In this document: positions 12,098 through 24,124 of the stretch, piece after piece | How the letters are laid out: every line of letters begins with the position of its first letter | Position numbering within the stretch: position 1 is the first letter of the stretch | Origin: Eledone cirrhosa | Taxonomy: Eukaryota | Assembly (NCBI GenBank): GCA_964016885.1 | Contig: OZ024746.1 | Span: forward strand, 46,128,001 to 46,192,000 | DNA: 64,000 nt | Reading direction: 5' to 3' | Notes under the pieces: generated by a model | Told to the model about the DNA's origin: nothing | What the model saw: only the letters and a program-made list of their open reading frames with translations | Database searches by the model: none | Translations under genes and position numbers: made by a program

Positions 12098-15000
12098 TCT
12101 ATCTATATATATAAAACTGAGGTTGTCTGTCTGTCTATCGATTTTTGGCACACATCTCCTCTTAGAATCTCTCACGGAATTGCACCGAAATTGCTATACT
12201 TGTACATTGAGCCCTAGCGAAGACATCAGAAAAAAAATATTTCAAATTGACCCGCCCTATCTGACTAAATCGAATATAATGTATCGATTTTTGAGCGTAA
12301 GTGATGAGTTATTTCCCTTTGTTCTGTTTACATTCAGCGTAGCGTCTTACGTTCTCTTTACATTTTCTGCGTGCAAAAATTAAAAAAATGATTTCCCTTT
12401 GTTCTGTTTACATTCAGCGTAGCGTCTTACGTTCTGTTTACATTTTCTGCGTGCAAAAATTAAAAAAATTACGCTGGCTTTCTCAGCGTTTAAAATGACA
12501 TTAACACAATACACGAACAGTTGTCGAGCCAGCAAAATTTTGACCTGCAAAATTCATCAGTTCGAACACTAAGCTTCCGTTTTGCTTCATTTCCATTTAA
12601 AAGCCTTTTAAAACAATATTTTTACTTGAAAACAAGTCTATTTAAAGACTACGTAAAACAAGAAAATATTTCGTAAAAAAAAGCAAAAATTATATAAGTT
12701 TATTTAAAATATATGTATCTGTAAATTTCGTTAGGCGTGCAGACAGATAGTCGTGCAGAGAGGTGATATAGGCGTGTAGACAGACAGTCGTGCAGAGAGG
12801 TGATATAGGCGTGCAGACAGACAGTCGTGCAGAGAGGTGATATAGGCGTGCAGACAGACAGTCGTGCAGAGAGGTGATATAGGCGTACAGACAGATAGTC
12901 GTGCAGAGAGGTGATATAGGCGTGCAGACAGACAGTCGTGCAGAGAGGTGATATAGGCGTGCAGACAGACATAACTGATAATTTGGTTACGCTAATGTTT
13001 TTCTCTGCGTTGCAGTGTTTACATTTTCGATCTTTGTTAATAAATAACCAGTGCAGTTTTTATCCCCAGCATCCTCTTTTGTTATAACATTCGGGTTATC
13101 GTTATGTTTTCTTAACTTCATAAGGCATATTGTTGGTTGAGGGAATATTAATCAAAAACACCACATGCAAGTCTGCACAGTAGACACTACAGTTTTTAAG
13201 CCAAAAAAGAAACTTAACATTGTAACTTTAACACAGCTACTGAGCGACCCCGAGCAACGCCGGGCTTTACTGCTAGTATTATCTATATATATAAAACTGT
13301 GGTTGTCTGTCTGTCTATCGATTTTTGGCACACATCTCCTCTTAGAATCTCTCACGGAATTGCACCGAAATTGCTATACTTGTACATTGAGCCCTAGCGA
13401 AGACATCGGAAAAAAATATTTCAAATTGACCCGCCCTATCTGACGAAATCGAATATAATGTATCGATTTTTGAGCGTAAGTTATCAGTTATTTCCCTTTG
13501 TTCTGTTTAAATTGAGCGTCTTACGTAAAAAATTACGCTGACACGAACAGTTGTCGAGCCAGCAAAATATTAACCTGCAAAATTCATCAGTTCGAACACT
13601 AGGTTTCCGTTTTGCTTCATTTCCATTTAAAAGCATTTTAAAACAATATTTTTACTTGAAAACAAGTCTATTTAAAGACTACGTAAAACAAGCAAATATT
13701 TCGTCGTTAGGCGTGCAGACAGACAGTCGTGCAGACAGACAATCGTGCAGAGAGGTGATATACGCGTGCAGACAGACAATCGTGCAGAGAGGTGATATAC
13801 GCGTGCAGACAGATAGTCGTGCAGAGAGGTGATATAGGCGTGCAGACAGATAGTCGTGCAGAGAGGTGATATAGGCGTGCAGACAGACAGTCGTGCAGAG
13901 AGGTGATATAGGCGTGCAGACAGACATAACTGATAATTTGGTTACGCTAATGTTTTTCTCTGCGTTGCAGTGTTTACATTTTCGATCTTTGTTAATAAAT
14001 AACCAGTGCAGTTTCTATCCCCAGCATCCTCTTTTGTTATAACATTCGGGTTATCGTTATGTTTTCTTAACTTCATAAGGCATATTGTTGGTTGAGGGAA
14101 TATTAATCAAAAACACCACATGCAAGTCTGCACAGTAGACACTACAGTTTTTAAGCCAAGAAAGAAACTTAACATTGTAACTTTAACACAGCTACTGAGC
14201 GACCCCGAGCAACGCCGGGCTTTACTGCTAGTAACTGATAATTTGGTTACGCTAATGTTTTTCTCAGCGTTGCAGTGTTTACATTTTCGATCTTTGTTAA
14301 TAAATAACCAGTGCAGTTTTTATCCCCAGCATCCTCTTTTGTTATAACATTCCGGTTATCGTTATGTTTTCTTAACTTCATAAGGCATATTGTTGGTTGA
14401 GGGAATATTAATCAAAAACACCACATGCAAGTCTGCACAGTAGACACTACAGTTTTTAAGCCAAAAAAGAAACTTAACATTGTAACTTTAACACAGCTAC
14501 TGAGCGACCCCGAGCAACGCCGGGCTTTACTGCTAGTATATCTATATATATATAAAACTGTGGTTGTCTGTCTGTCTATCGATTTTTGGCACACATCTCC
14601 CCTTAGAATCTCTCACGGAATTGCACCGAAATTGCTATACTTGTACATTGAGCCCTAGCGAAGACATCGGAAAAAAAAAATTTCAAATTGACCCACCCTA
14701 TGTGACGAAATCGAATATAATGTATCGATTTTTGAGCGTAAGTTATCAGTTATTTCCCTTTGTCCTGTTTACATTGAGCGTCTTACGTAAAAAATTACGC
14801 TGACACGAACAGTTGTCGAGCCAGCAAAATATTGACCTGCAAAATTCATCAGTTCGAATACTAAGCTTCCGTTTTGCTTCATTTCCATTTAAAAGCATTT
14901 TAAAACAATATTTTTACTTGAAAACAAGTCTATTTAAAGACTACGTAAAACAAGCAAATATTTCGTCGTTAGGCGTGCAGACAGACAGTCGTGCAGACAG

Positions 15001-15526
15001 TCGTGCAGAGAGGTGATATACGCGTGCAGACAGATAGTCGTGCAGAGAGGTGATATAGGCGTGCAGACAGACAGTCGTGCAGAGAGGTGATATAGGCGTG
15101 CAGACAGACAGTCGTGCAGAGAGGTGATATAGGCGTGCAGACAGACAGTCGTGCAGAGAGGTGATATAGGCGTGCAGACAGACAGTCGTGCAGAGAGGTG
15201 ATATAGGCGTGCAGACAGACATAACTGATAATTTGGTTACGCTAATGTTTTTCTCTGCGTTGCAGTGTTTACATTTTCGATCTTTGTTAATAAATAACCA
15301 GTGCAGTTTCTATCCCCAGCATCCTCTTTTGTTATAACATTCCGGTTATCGTTATGTTTTCTTAACTTCATAAGGCATATTGTTGGTTGAGGGAATATTA
15401 ATCAAAAACACCACATGCAAGTCTGCACAGTAGACACTACAGTTTTTAAGCCAAGAAAGAAACTTAACATTGTAACTTTAACACAGCTACTGAGCGACCC
15501 CGAGCAACGCCGGGCTTTACTGCTAG
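12098..15526 (+). mobile_element. Tandem array of a non-autonomous Helitron: three full units plus one 3'-only unit
   Basis: Units at 12098-13276, 13282-14231, 14232-14536 (3' part only) and 14541-15526. Full units start TCTAT(AT)nAAAACTG.GGTTG(TCTG)n. All end with the hairpin cccgagcaacgccggg followed by ctttactgCTAG. The array sits between A and T with no TSD. Confidence 0.85.
12734..12970 (+). repeat. 37-bp minisatellite inside the Helitron units (also about 13710-13926 and 14972-15220)
   Basis: Unit ggcgtgcagacagacagtcgtgcagagaggtgatata, period 37 (12734, 12771, ...). Copy number varies between units. Confidence 0.95.
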
Positions 15527-15599
15527 TAAAATATAAATGAATTAATAATATCTTTGAATCAACCTTTGTCACATAGAAAACAGCTAAATACCAGATCAA

Positions 15600-16162
15600 A
15601 TAATGATTTCTGATTAAGGCACAAAGCCACCAATTTTGGATGAGGAGAAAGTCGATTAAATCGACCCCAGTATGTTACTGGTGCTTTATTTTAACAACCC
15701 CATATGGATAAAAGGCAAAGCTAACCTCAGCGGGATTTTAACTCAGAACGTAAAGGGCCATAACTCTCTGTCACAAAGAGGGTATATGAATCTCTACTGA
15801 TAAAATAATTGTTTCTACTTTAGGCACAAGGCCAGCAATTACCCAGTGCATTACTGGTACTTTATTTTATCGACCCTGTAAGGATGAAAGGCAAAGTCAA
15901 CCTCGGCGGGATTTGAACTCAGATCGGAAAGGGACGTAACTATGCTGGAAAGCATGGCGTCTGACTCTCTACCGATAATAATTGTTTCTACTATTGGCAC
16001 AAGGCCAGAAAATTACCCAGTACATTACTGGTACTTTATTTTATCGACCCCGTAAGGATGAAAGGCAAAGTTAACCTCGGCGGGATTTGAACTCAGAATG
16101 GCAAGGGCCGTAACTCTATGCGTCAAAGCATGGCGTCCGAACCTCTACCGATACTGCCAATC
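15600..16162 (-). mobile_element. Cluster of three tRNA-derived SINE copies (one older variant, two young)
   Basis: On minus: B box (gagttcaaatccc), central ttgactttgcctttcatccttacggggtcgataaaataaagtaccag, and tail gccttgtgcc.aaagtagaaacaattat. ctaccgataataat is duplicated around the last copy. Confidence 0.85.
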
Positions 16163-17307
16163 CTACCGATAATAATAATGTTTGATAATAATTGAAGAAA
16201 ATATGGAAGAAAATAATGGTCAAATTTGTATGTATGTATATGTGTGATGCTTGAAGGAGTTTCCTTCACCTCCAACTATGTTACCATCTACCTCTTGGTC
16301 CAGGCTAACAGGATGGAGAATATATTGACCCAAAATATTGTGAGGGAGATGTGCTGGAACGGCCACTTCCAATAATCCTTATTGCAAGAGAGAATTAATT
16401 AGTATGCTTGATATTCTATAGAAATATTTTGCTGAGGACTCTTCAGTTGTATCAAAGGCACAAAAACCTCCTAAAGTACTGGTGCCAAAAAAAAAAAAAA
16501 ATGCCTCCAGAACACAATATAAAGAACATCAAACCATAGAAACTAAGTCAAAGAAACAGTTAAGAGGATTCTTTAGTTGTGTCAAAGTTATGTCAATACT
16601 CAATGTTCCAGTTGTAGAAACCAAGCAAAAACCCATATGTATGATGCAGGCTTCTGCACAACTGAGATTAAAGTAACTCAGATTAAATACTGACTTGCTG
16701 TCTGTCAGCCTGTCAAACCCATGCCAACATGGAGAAACCGATGTAAATAATATGTAAAGGAGAAACAAAAAGAAACTATCATATATACTTGAATATAAAC
16801 CGACTACCAACCCCCACTATTTTATGTCTGAGAAATGAAATGCATAAAAAATCCAAACCCTCATTATAAGCTGAGGCAAATAATGAACACATCATGTTCA
16901 GGTGGCAAATATAAGCTACCCCACTCTATTTTACAATCAATTTTTTTTGGTCACATATTCTTTGGCTTATATTAGAATATAGCCGGTACTAAACTATATA
17001 ATGGTTTTGTTTTACTTTTCTGACTTAATGACCTTAAAGTGTCTTATGGTCTGTGTTTAAATAAGACTGTCAAAATTGATTGATTATATTGTTGACAATA
17101 AAGTTGCATACCAATGTTATAGCATGACCCAATAGTCAGTCAAAGCTGTAGAGTACAGAACTGTTAAGAGCTATGGTCAATATTTTATTTTATCAATCTC
17201 TGATTGATTGTTTTTGGTGTAGTTTTAGAAACAATAGATGATAGATGTATCTAGAAAAAGGAAAACAATGTGAGCCTTTAGATAATGTTTGCCTAAAGAT
17301 ATTTTCC

Positions 17308-17550
17308 TTCATCATCATCGATTAACATCTCTCTTCCATGCTAGCATGGATTAGACGGGTTTGTCCCATTTAGTGGCAAGTTGGTTTGGGTGACTGTCTC
17401 GCTCATATCGGACTGGTTCTCACTGATTTTCTACAGCTGGATGTCCTTCCTAACACCAACCACATTTATAGTGTGTGCTGGGTGCTTTTTGTCGTGACAC
17501 CTACATGACCACTTTACAGTGTGGGCTAGATGTTTTGTGGTACCAACATA
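17308..17550 (-). mobile_element. RTE-derived non-autonomous element (UTR module plus (GAT)n tail)
   Basis: Same order of motifs as the 3' end of LINE family A (808-1095). Confidence 0.75.
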
Positions 17551-17607
17551 ATACATACATATATATATATACATACACATATATATATCATGTTAATAAT
17601 ATATATA

Positions 17608-17822
17608 TATGGTGAAAGGTAAAGACCCCCTGCCCCCTTTGTAAAGAATGACTATCGGATTTGCACCTATAAAGTTCCCCCTCTGAGGCACACGTCTGGA
17701 CAAGGTTGTTTACGGAAGAGCAGCAGTCACCCATACATGCCAGTCTCATTTCACTGATGTTGCTCACAGGAAAGACAAAGACAACTTGGCACCAGTTATG
17801 TTGCAACCCATTTCAACAGCTA
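17608..17822 (-). mobile_element. SINE fragment with acctt-type tail
   Basis: Starts ggtgaaaggtaaagacccc (reverse-complement tail) and ends catttcaacagct, similar to the CORE-SINE body at 63797-63810. Confidence 0.45.
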
Positions 17823-18594
17823 GTTCTTATGAGAGAGTATTGAATCTTTGTGACTTTAAGTAACTGAGATCAATAGAATGTTAAGTCAATTCAGACAAGA
17901 AAGAAAATCATCTAAATAAATTTTCTAAGTTTAGTAATATTATATTTCTTCATCTAATTCAATAAATCATAAATTTATGTCTGTGAAATATTTGAAAATA
18001 ATAGAAGAAGTTACTAATAAAATTCATTTTAATTATCGTTTTAGATTACCAGTGAAATTTATAACTTTACAATAACAATTTAGATTAAGCAATTTCATAT
18101 ATATAGTTATAAAATCTAAACTCTGTTACAGTGAAATAAAGACAATTTAAAATCCTGTAAAAAGTAAACGTATTAAGATATGGCATTTTATATTATTCAT
18201 GACTTAACTGACAATGTAATTTACGTCTATTTTCTCCAGCAAGCATTTAGTAGAATAGGAAAGGCAAAAACATAGCTTGCCTGAAGCTATATTCTATGGT
18301 TTATCTAACAATCATCTTAAGCATTGCTACAACTCAATGCACTAAATGTTATATAGACCTCAAGTGTGACTCATCATATGCTGGATAATTTGGGAAGTAT
18401 GGGTAACATGTTTGTATGTAAGTATGTTCCTGTAACGCCTGATAGCGTCAAAGGGGCGCCGTATTTACATACAGCATTTCTTGGGTATTTTAAGCCTGCC
18501 AGAACCCATCCCTCTCCAGGCCTGAGTGCAGCAGATTTATTCCAGGGAAAGATAGAAAGTGAGAGAGAGGAAATGAGAAAGAGTTATAGCAGAA

Positions 18595-18755
18595 GAATTC
18601 ACCCCAGTACTAGACTGGTACTTTTTGTATGGACCTCGAATGGATGAAAGATAAAGTTGACCTTGGCAGGATTTGAACTCAAAGAGGAGAGAGCTGGAAT
18701 GAATACCATAAAGAATTCTATCAAATGTTCTAATGATTCTGCCAATTTGCCACCA
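18595..18755 (-). mobile_element. Old degenerate tRNA-SINE copy
   Basis: ggatgaaagataaagttgaccttggcaggatttgaactc ... ctgccaatttgccacc aligns with the young SINE copies. Confidence 0.7.
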
Positions 18756-19024
18756 TAGGTAACATAAGGTAATATTAAATAGGTAAAATAATTATAATAA
18801 TATTTTCTTCTTTCAAATTTTATGGTGCTTATTCAAAATAATGAAATGAACATTAATTTTTATGATAAAAATAGTTATTAACTTAAAATCATATTAAATA
18901 CAATAGATTTATCATTTGTGTATCTACAATAAATATGTTAGCAATAAAAATAACACTGTAATAGGCTGATTATAAAGTAAGGTTAGTTTCACTTTCATTA
19001 TACTAATATGCGTGTATGTGTGTG

Positions 19025-19074
<50 letters not shown>

Positions 19075-19078
<4 letters not shown>

Positions 19079-19539
19079 TACTTGGGGAGGGTAATATTGT
19101 TGTAATAATATTGCCAGAAATAATAACAGTACACACTCACTGTTTGGTTGGTTTTCGCTTCTGTATAGTTAATTTATTTGGCAATCAATGTTTATTATTG
19201 ACTGACCAACGGTTAAAAATACAGATATAAATATGTATATATAGTATTGTAATGTTTATGCCATTTTCCAGAAAAATGGCATAAACATTACAATACAATA
19301 GGGGGGACCATGATAATAGGACCACTGATGATGCGCAATGAAATAAGTTTGTTAGACTATATATACATATTTATATCTGTATTTTTAACCGTTGGTCAGT
19401 CAATGATAAACATGGATTGCCAAATAAATTAACTATGGAGATATAAAAGATACAGAAGTGAAAACCAACCAAACAGTGAGTGTTCTGCTATTATTTCTGG
19501 CAATATTATTACAACAATACGACCCTCCCCAAGTATAAC
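19075..19539. mobile_element. MITE/foldback-like element with about 170-bp terminal inverted repeats and an internal hairpin
   Basis: Arms 19075-19245 and 19356-19539 are reverse complements apart from a short insertion in the right arm. Inner 24-bp stem at 19244-19296. Confidence 0.75.
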
Positions 19540-19582
19540 AATATTTGTTTCAACACAGGATTTCATATCAAAAACCTTGCAA

Positions 19583-19645
<63 letters not shown>

Positions 19646-20949
19646 AGATCAAAAGATGGTTAAAAGAGTTCCATGTATTTTATTATGCGCATTTCAAAAA
19701 CAAATATCATCATGCGATAACATTTGCGTTTTCCTCAGATAAAATAGGGAGACATGATATGAAGGTTAAAAAACACTTGTCAACATATGAAAAGTAGTTT
19801 TAGATTGATGTGTGATATTGGGAAAAAAATTGAGAGGGGGGGGGGGTGGACAGGATGAAAAAGAGGAGGAGATGAGAGTAAAAAGTGGAGGGGGAGGAGT
19901 ATAATGAGGAAGGATGAGATAGGAGGAGAGATGGGTGATAGCGAGAGAGAGATAACTGAGAAAAATATATTGTTTTACATAGAGAGGTTAAAAAAACCGT
20001 TGGAAGATAATGTATGAATTAAAAGAATTTGAAAATTAACGAAGAGAAAATTAACAAAGAGAAAATTAACGAAGAGAAAAATTTTAGAATAATGTTAAAT
20101 TTAGGTTTGTATATTGAAGGGTTTAATAATATGTGCGATGAAAAGAAATTGTTAATATATATTAAGAATAATATTTAAGGGTTTAATAATATGTGCGATG
20201 GAAAGAAATTGTTGATATGTATTATTAAAAAAAAGATAAAAATATAACAATAGTAATGTAATTAAGGATGTATTGTGAAAAGAAGTAGAAGAGTGGATGA
20301 ATAAGTGTAATATGTATAAGTTAGATGAGCATGAAAGGGAGAAAAAAATAATGGAATGAGGATGAATAATCTAACGGCAAAAACATGTTTATGTTTACGA
20401 AGGATTTTTCAAGGTGATATTATAAAGTAAGGATATATTGTGCTGAGTAATAATGAGAATTGAGAAGTATCTAGGAAGAAAAGGTACAGATTAGAGGTTA
20501 GAAATTAAAAGAAAAAGAAATAAAAGAACTATAACATCTCTTGGAAGAAGGTTTGTTCTGCTTCTACATACTTGAATGGTTCTCTATCCAAGACATGCAA
20601 TCTCTGTTTATGTGAAACATTTACCATTATATCTAATTTAGATTCTATAATAAATAGACGCACTGACTTGTTTTCTCTCTGCTTGCATACATTCCACAGA
20701 ACATTCCATAAAGTATACAACTAATATCTAATACTTTACCAATTTAAAATCCTTTTCTCAAAGGCACATATATATATATACATAGTATTAGTTATACTAT
20801 TTATGGTTATGTAAATACAAAACCTTAAGCAGTTATAAGTATTTTACACACACCCTAAATAGTGGTAGGCAGTAATGTATTACTACCTTATTACCAGTAA
20901 GTTAAGTAGCTCAATGTAAAAACATCAGATGATTTACAGAGCAGTTATA

Positions 20950-21817
20950 TGAAATATAAGAATCAAAGGACTGTTCAAAACATTATTGTGCTTACAGCTG
21001 TTTCCTCCAAACCGAGGTTTGGATTCTGCGGAGCAATTTATTAATGCATGGACAGTTATATGACCTCCTTTTCAGCCGAGAGACATACCGATACATATTC
21101 AAACATTGATACATATTCAAACATTGTGGGTCAACATTCATTACAGAATTTAGAGTGGCAGTACACACTTCGAGATTACATTTATATTAAGAGGTACAAT
21201 CAAAAATCAAAAATACAGGTTAAAATACAACATGAAGACAAGCAGTTATATAGTGCAAATGTTATATGTGTGGCACGCATGTGCGTCTTGTCTATATAGT
21301 GTGGCAGAGAGATATGTGTGGTAGAGGCACTTAGGTAGGTAAACAAGAGTGTTAGGTTGGTAGATCTGGTGGCAAATTCTTTATATGATTGATATAGTCT
21401 GTGTGTGGAGAAATGTTATAAGCGTTAAAAATAGTGCAAGCATTAAAAGTGTTAAAAGTATTGGAGATGCACAGCGAAGGGATGTCCAGTATTTCATGTA
21501 CATCGACATTTTCATGGTCAGGGGAGTGTATTTTTCGATTATATGCCCCTCACATAATCCACGACAATTCGATATTGAGTGTTTGTTAATCCAGTTAGAG
21601 ATCGTAGTCTGGTGTTCTTTAGTTCAATACAGGAGGCTGTTACGTTTCGAGAAACGCCATTGAATACCACTATTTTTAAGGCTTAGAACATTTCTCCACA
21701 CACAGACTATATCAATCATATAAAGAATTTGCCACCAGATTACCAACCTAACACTCTTGTTTACCTACCTAAGTTCCTCTACCACACATATCTCTCTGCC
21801 ACACTATATAGACAAGA
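20950..21817 (-). mobile_element. Putative Penelope-like element end with an inverted partial repeat
   Basis: Degenerate minimal hammerhead at 20989-21035 on minus. About 150-bp inverted repeat 21286-21436 / 21668-21817. The inverted repeat is certain; the PLE assignment is inferred. Confidence 0.5.
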
Positions 21818-21879
21818 TGTAGAGTGCTACTTATCCGATATCTGCATTGCTTTATTGTACTACAATAAAACTCACCTCC

Positions 21880-21918
<39 letters not shown>

Positions 21919-21995
21919 CTGATGCAAAGTTACCAATAAATGTACATATATTCAAACATACATAAACATACATACATCTGAGAATGGTGGGTCAC

Positions 21996-22289
21996 AGCGA
22001 AATTACTGACACCAAAAATTATGAATATAATAAATAATTGTTTCTACTTTTGGCACAAGGCCAGCAATTACCCAGTACATTACTGGTACTTTATTTTATC
22101 GACCCCCGTAATGATAAAAGGCAAAGTTAACCTCGGCGGGATTTGAACTCCGAGGTTAACTTTGCCTTTCATCCTTACGGGGTCGATAAAATAAAGAACC
22201 AGTAATGTTCTGGGTATTTACTGGCCTGGTGCCAAAAGTAGAAACAATTATTTATTATATTCATAATTTTTGGTGTCAGTAATTTCGCT
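21996..22289. repeat. About 140-bp-arm palindrome made of a truncated SINE plus unique flank
   Basis: Left arm 21996-22136, 13-nt loop cgggatttgaact, right arm 22150-22289. Confidence 0.92.
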
Positions 22290-23062
22290 AAATAATATAT
22301 GTTTTTGTGTAATATTTTGAATGGCTAAAATGAATCTTCCTCAATGTAGTTAGTGTATATATGTGTATATATATATATATATATAAGAAAAAATATTAAT
22401 GAAAGAGAAGCAAGCCATTAAATCACATTTATAAAAAGCTGTTACATGTTTTGTCCAATGGGGCTCTTCTGAGGCAATAATGAAAGTAAAGTATTTAATA
22501 AAGTACTCTGTATGGGTAGAGACATATTTTAACATCAGAATGCATTACTCCATATAGAAAAATGGAGAGAGAGAGAGACATTTAAAAGAGTCGAAGTCAG
22601 TGTTGCTGCAAATGTACAATTTTTTTAGATATTGATCAGCTCAGGGTACAATCAAGGTGATGGGGCACTGACTCTCTTTTGACATCTCCTCAGATATGCG
22701 AACTTATATGTACAAACCTACACACGTGCGTGCATGTGTGTGCCCATGTGTAGGCATGAATGTTAATATCGAAACAATTGTAATATGCAAATAACGTTTG
22801 TACATATGCTACAACACTTCAGCTCTTTAAACCTATTTACACTCTGCACACTACAGCCGTAACAATGGAATACAACCCAAACAAAACGGACCGCATAACA
22901 GCATCGAGGGCTTTGTAACTATTGTTACATGATTATCTAACATTGTGGAAAATGGACATTAAATGATAACAAGTGGCTTAAAAGTTCATACGCTGACCAA
23001 GATACTCTCATGGAGTGACCAAATGACCTGATCTATGTAAACCCATCTGATTAACACATAAT

Positions 23063-23248
23063 TGTTTCTACTTTAGGCACAAGGCCAGCAATTACTCAGT
23101 GCATTACTGGTACTTTATTTTATCGACCCAGTAGGGATGAAAGGCAAAGTCAACCTCGGCGAGATTTGAACTCAGATCGTAAAGGGACGTAACTATGCTG
23201 GAAAGCATGGTGTCCGATCCTCTACCGATACTGCCAATCCACCGCCCT
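23063..23248 (-). mobile_element. Full-length tRNA-derived SINE with 18-bp TSD
   Basis: TSD atctgattaacacataat at 23045-23062 and 23249-23266. A box tggcagtatcgg and B box gagttcaaatc on minus. Confidence 0.92.
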
Positions 23249-23903
23249 ATCTGATTAACACATAATGTGAGGCAGAAGGGACTGAACTTATCTGATTAAC
23301 AGAGAATGTAAGGTAGAAGGGTCTCAACTTATGATGAGCCTTTCAGTCTTTCTGAGACTGGTGAGATTAGTGCTCTTCCTTTTGTCCAAGGAAATATTAA
23401 AGCTAAAGACGTTAGAAAATTTGTTGTTTCAATTATTTATTTGCAAGTGTCTAAATTTGCAACAGACCTCAGACAAAAAAATTATCATCAACATCATCAT
23501 CAACATTATAGCGTTGTCATTTAAAGTCCGCTTTTCCTGCTAGCAAGGGTTGGATTGGTCTAAATATATCATGTCAGTACTGATGTGGGCAACAAACCTC
23601 ATAGGGTCGGGGTCACATCTTGCTTACGTAAAGTCTATTTAATTCGCTTATTCTTAAGGTTAATCTTCAATTCTACAATATCTTAGATAGTTTTAGTGGA
23701 GAAACATTATAGAATTAGACAGCTTTTCCTCCTGCTGATGGTGATAAAAGCTGTGCTATACATGTACTAAGATCACTTCAAACACCTACATTTTCTCTGG
23801 CAAGTTCCTCATTGTGTTATTTTTATTCTTGTTTTTATTATTACTCCCACTGAGATCAGCTTAGCATCACATTATATATGTCTTATGTTGACTTCTCATT
23901 CAG

Positions 23904-24124
23904 TTAACACTTTGATACCAAACCCAAACTACCTGAAACCACCACTGGTTTTATAATACAAAGTTGTTTCGTTTTAAAGTGTTTATATTTATCTAACCAA
24001 CTTCAGTTATATTTATATGTAAGACATTTTGGTAAGTTATGTTTCAAATTCTTGATTATTTTCAAAATAATTTGAAAATCATTAGCAGTGTCTTTCATTA
24101 AAAATGTGGGAATGGAAAGGTTAA
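23904..24124. mobile_element. Degenerate TTAA-flanked MITE, second family (related copies about 33566-33725, 42080-42140, 48474-48721)
   Basis: ttaacactttgatacc ... ggaaaggttaa. The internal motif aaattcttgattattttcaaaat is shared with 48660-48682. Confidence 0.55.

Noticed and set aside
12700-15222. Repetitive ORFs and a CRISPR-like look of the 37-bp repeats
   Set aside because: Contiguous tandem units with no unique spacers and no cas genes, in eukaryotic Helitron context.
19320-19356. CTGATGA...GAAA inside the foldback spacer
   Set aside because: No convincing stems I or II; not a supportable hammerhead.
20529-20720. Possible LINE C-terminal remnant or exon
   Set aside because: No diagnostic motif or splice-site pair recognised.
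22436-22478. Hammerhead-like remnant on minus (cagaaga..aaaacatgt)
   Set aside because: Too many core and stem mismatches to support.
23063-23248. tRNA gene
   Set aside because: A and B boxes belong to a multi-copy SINE head with TSDs; no complete cloverleaf.
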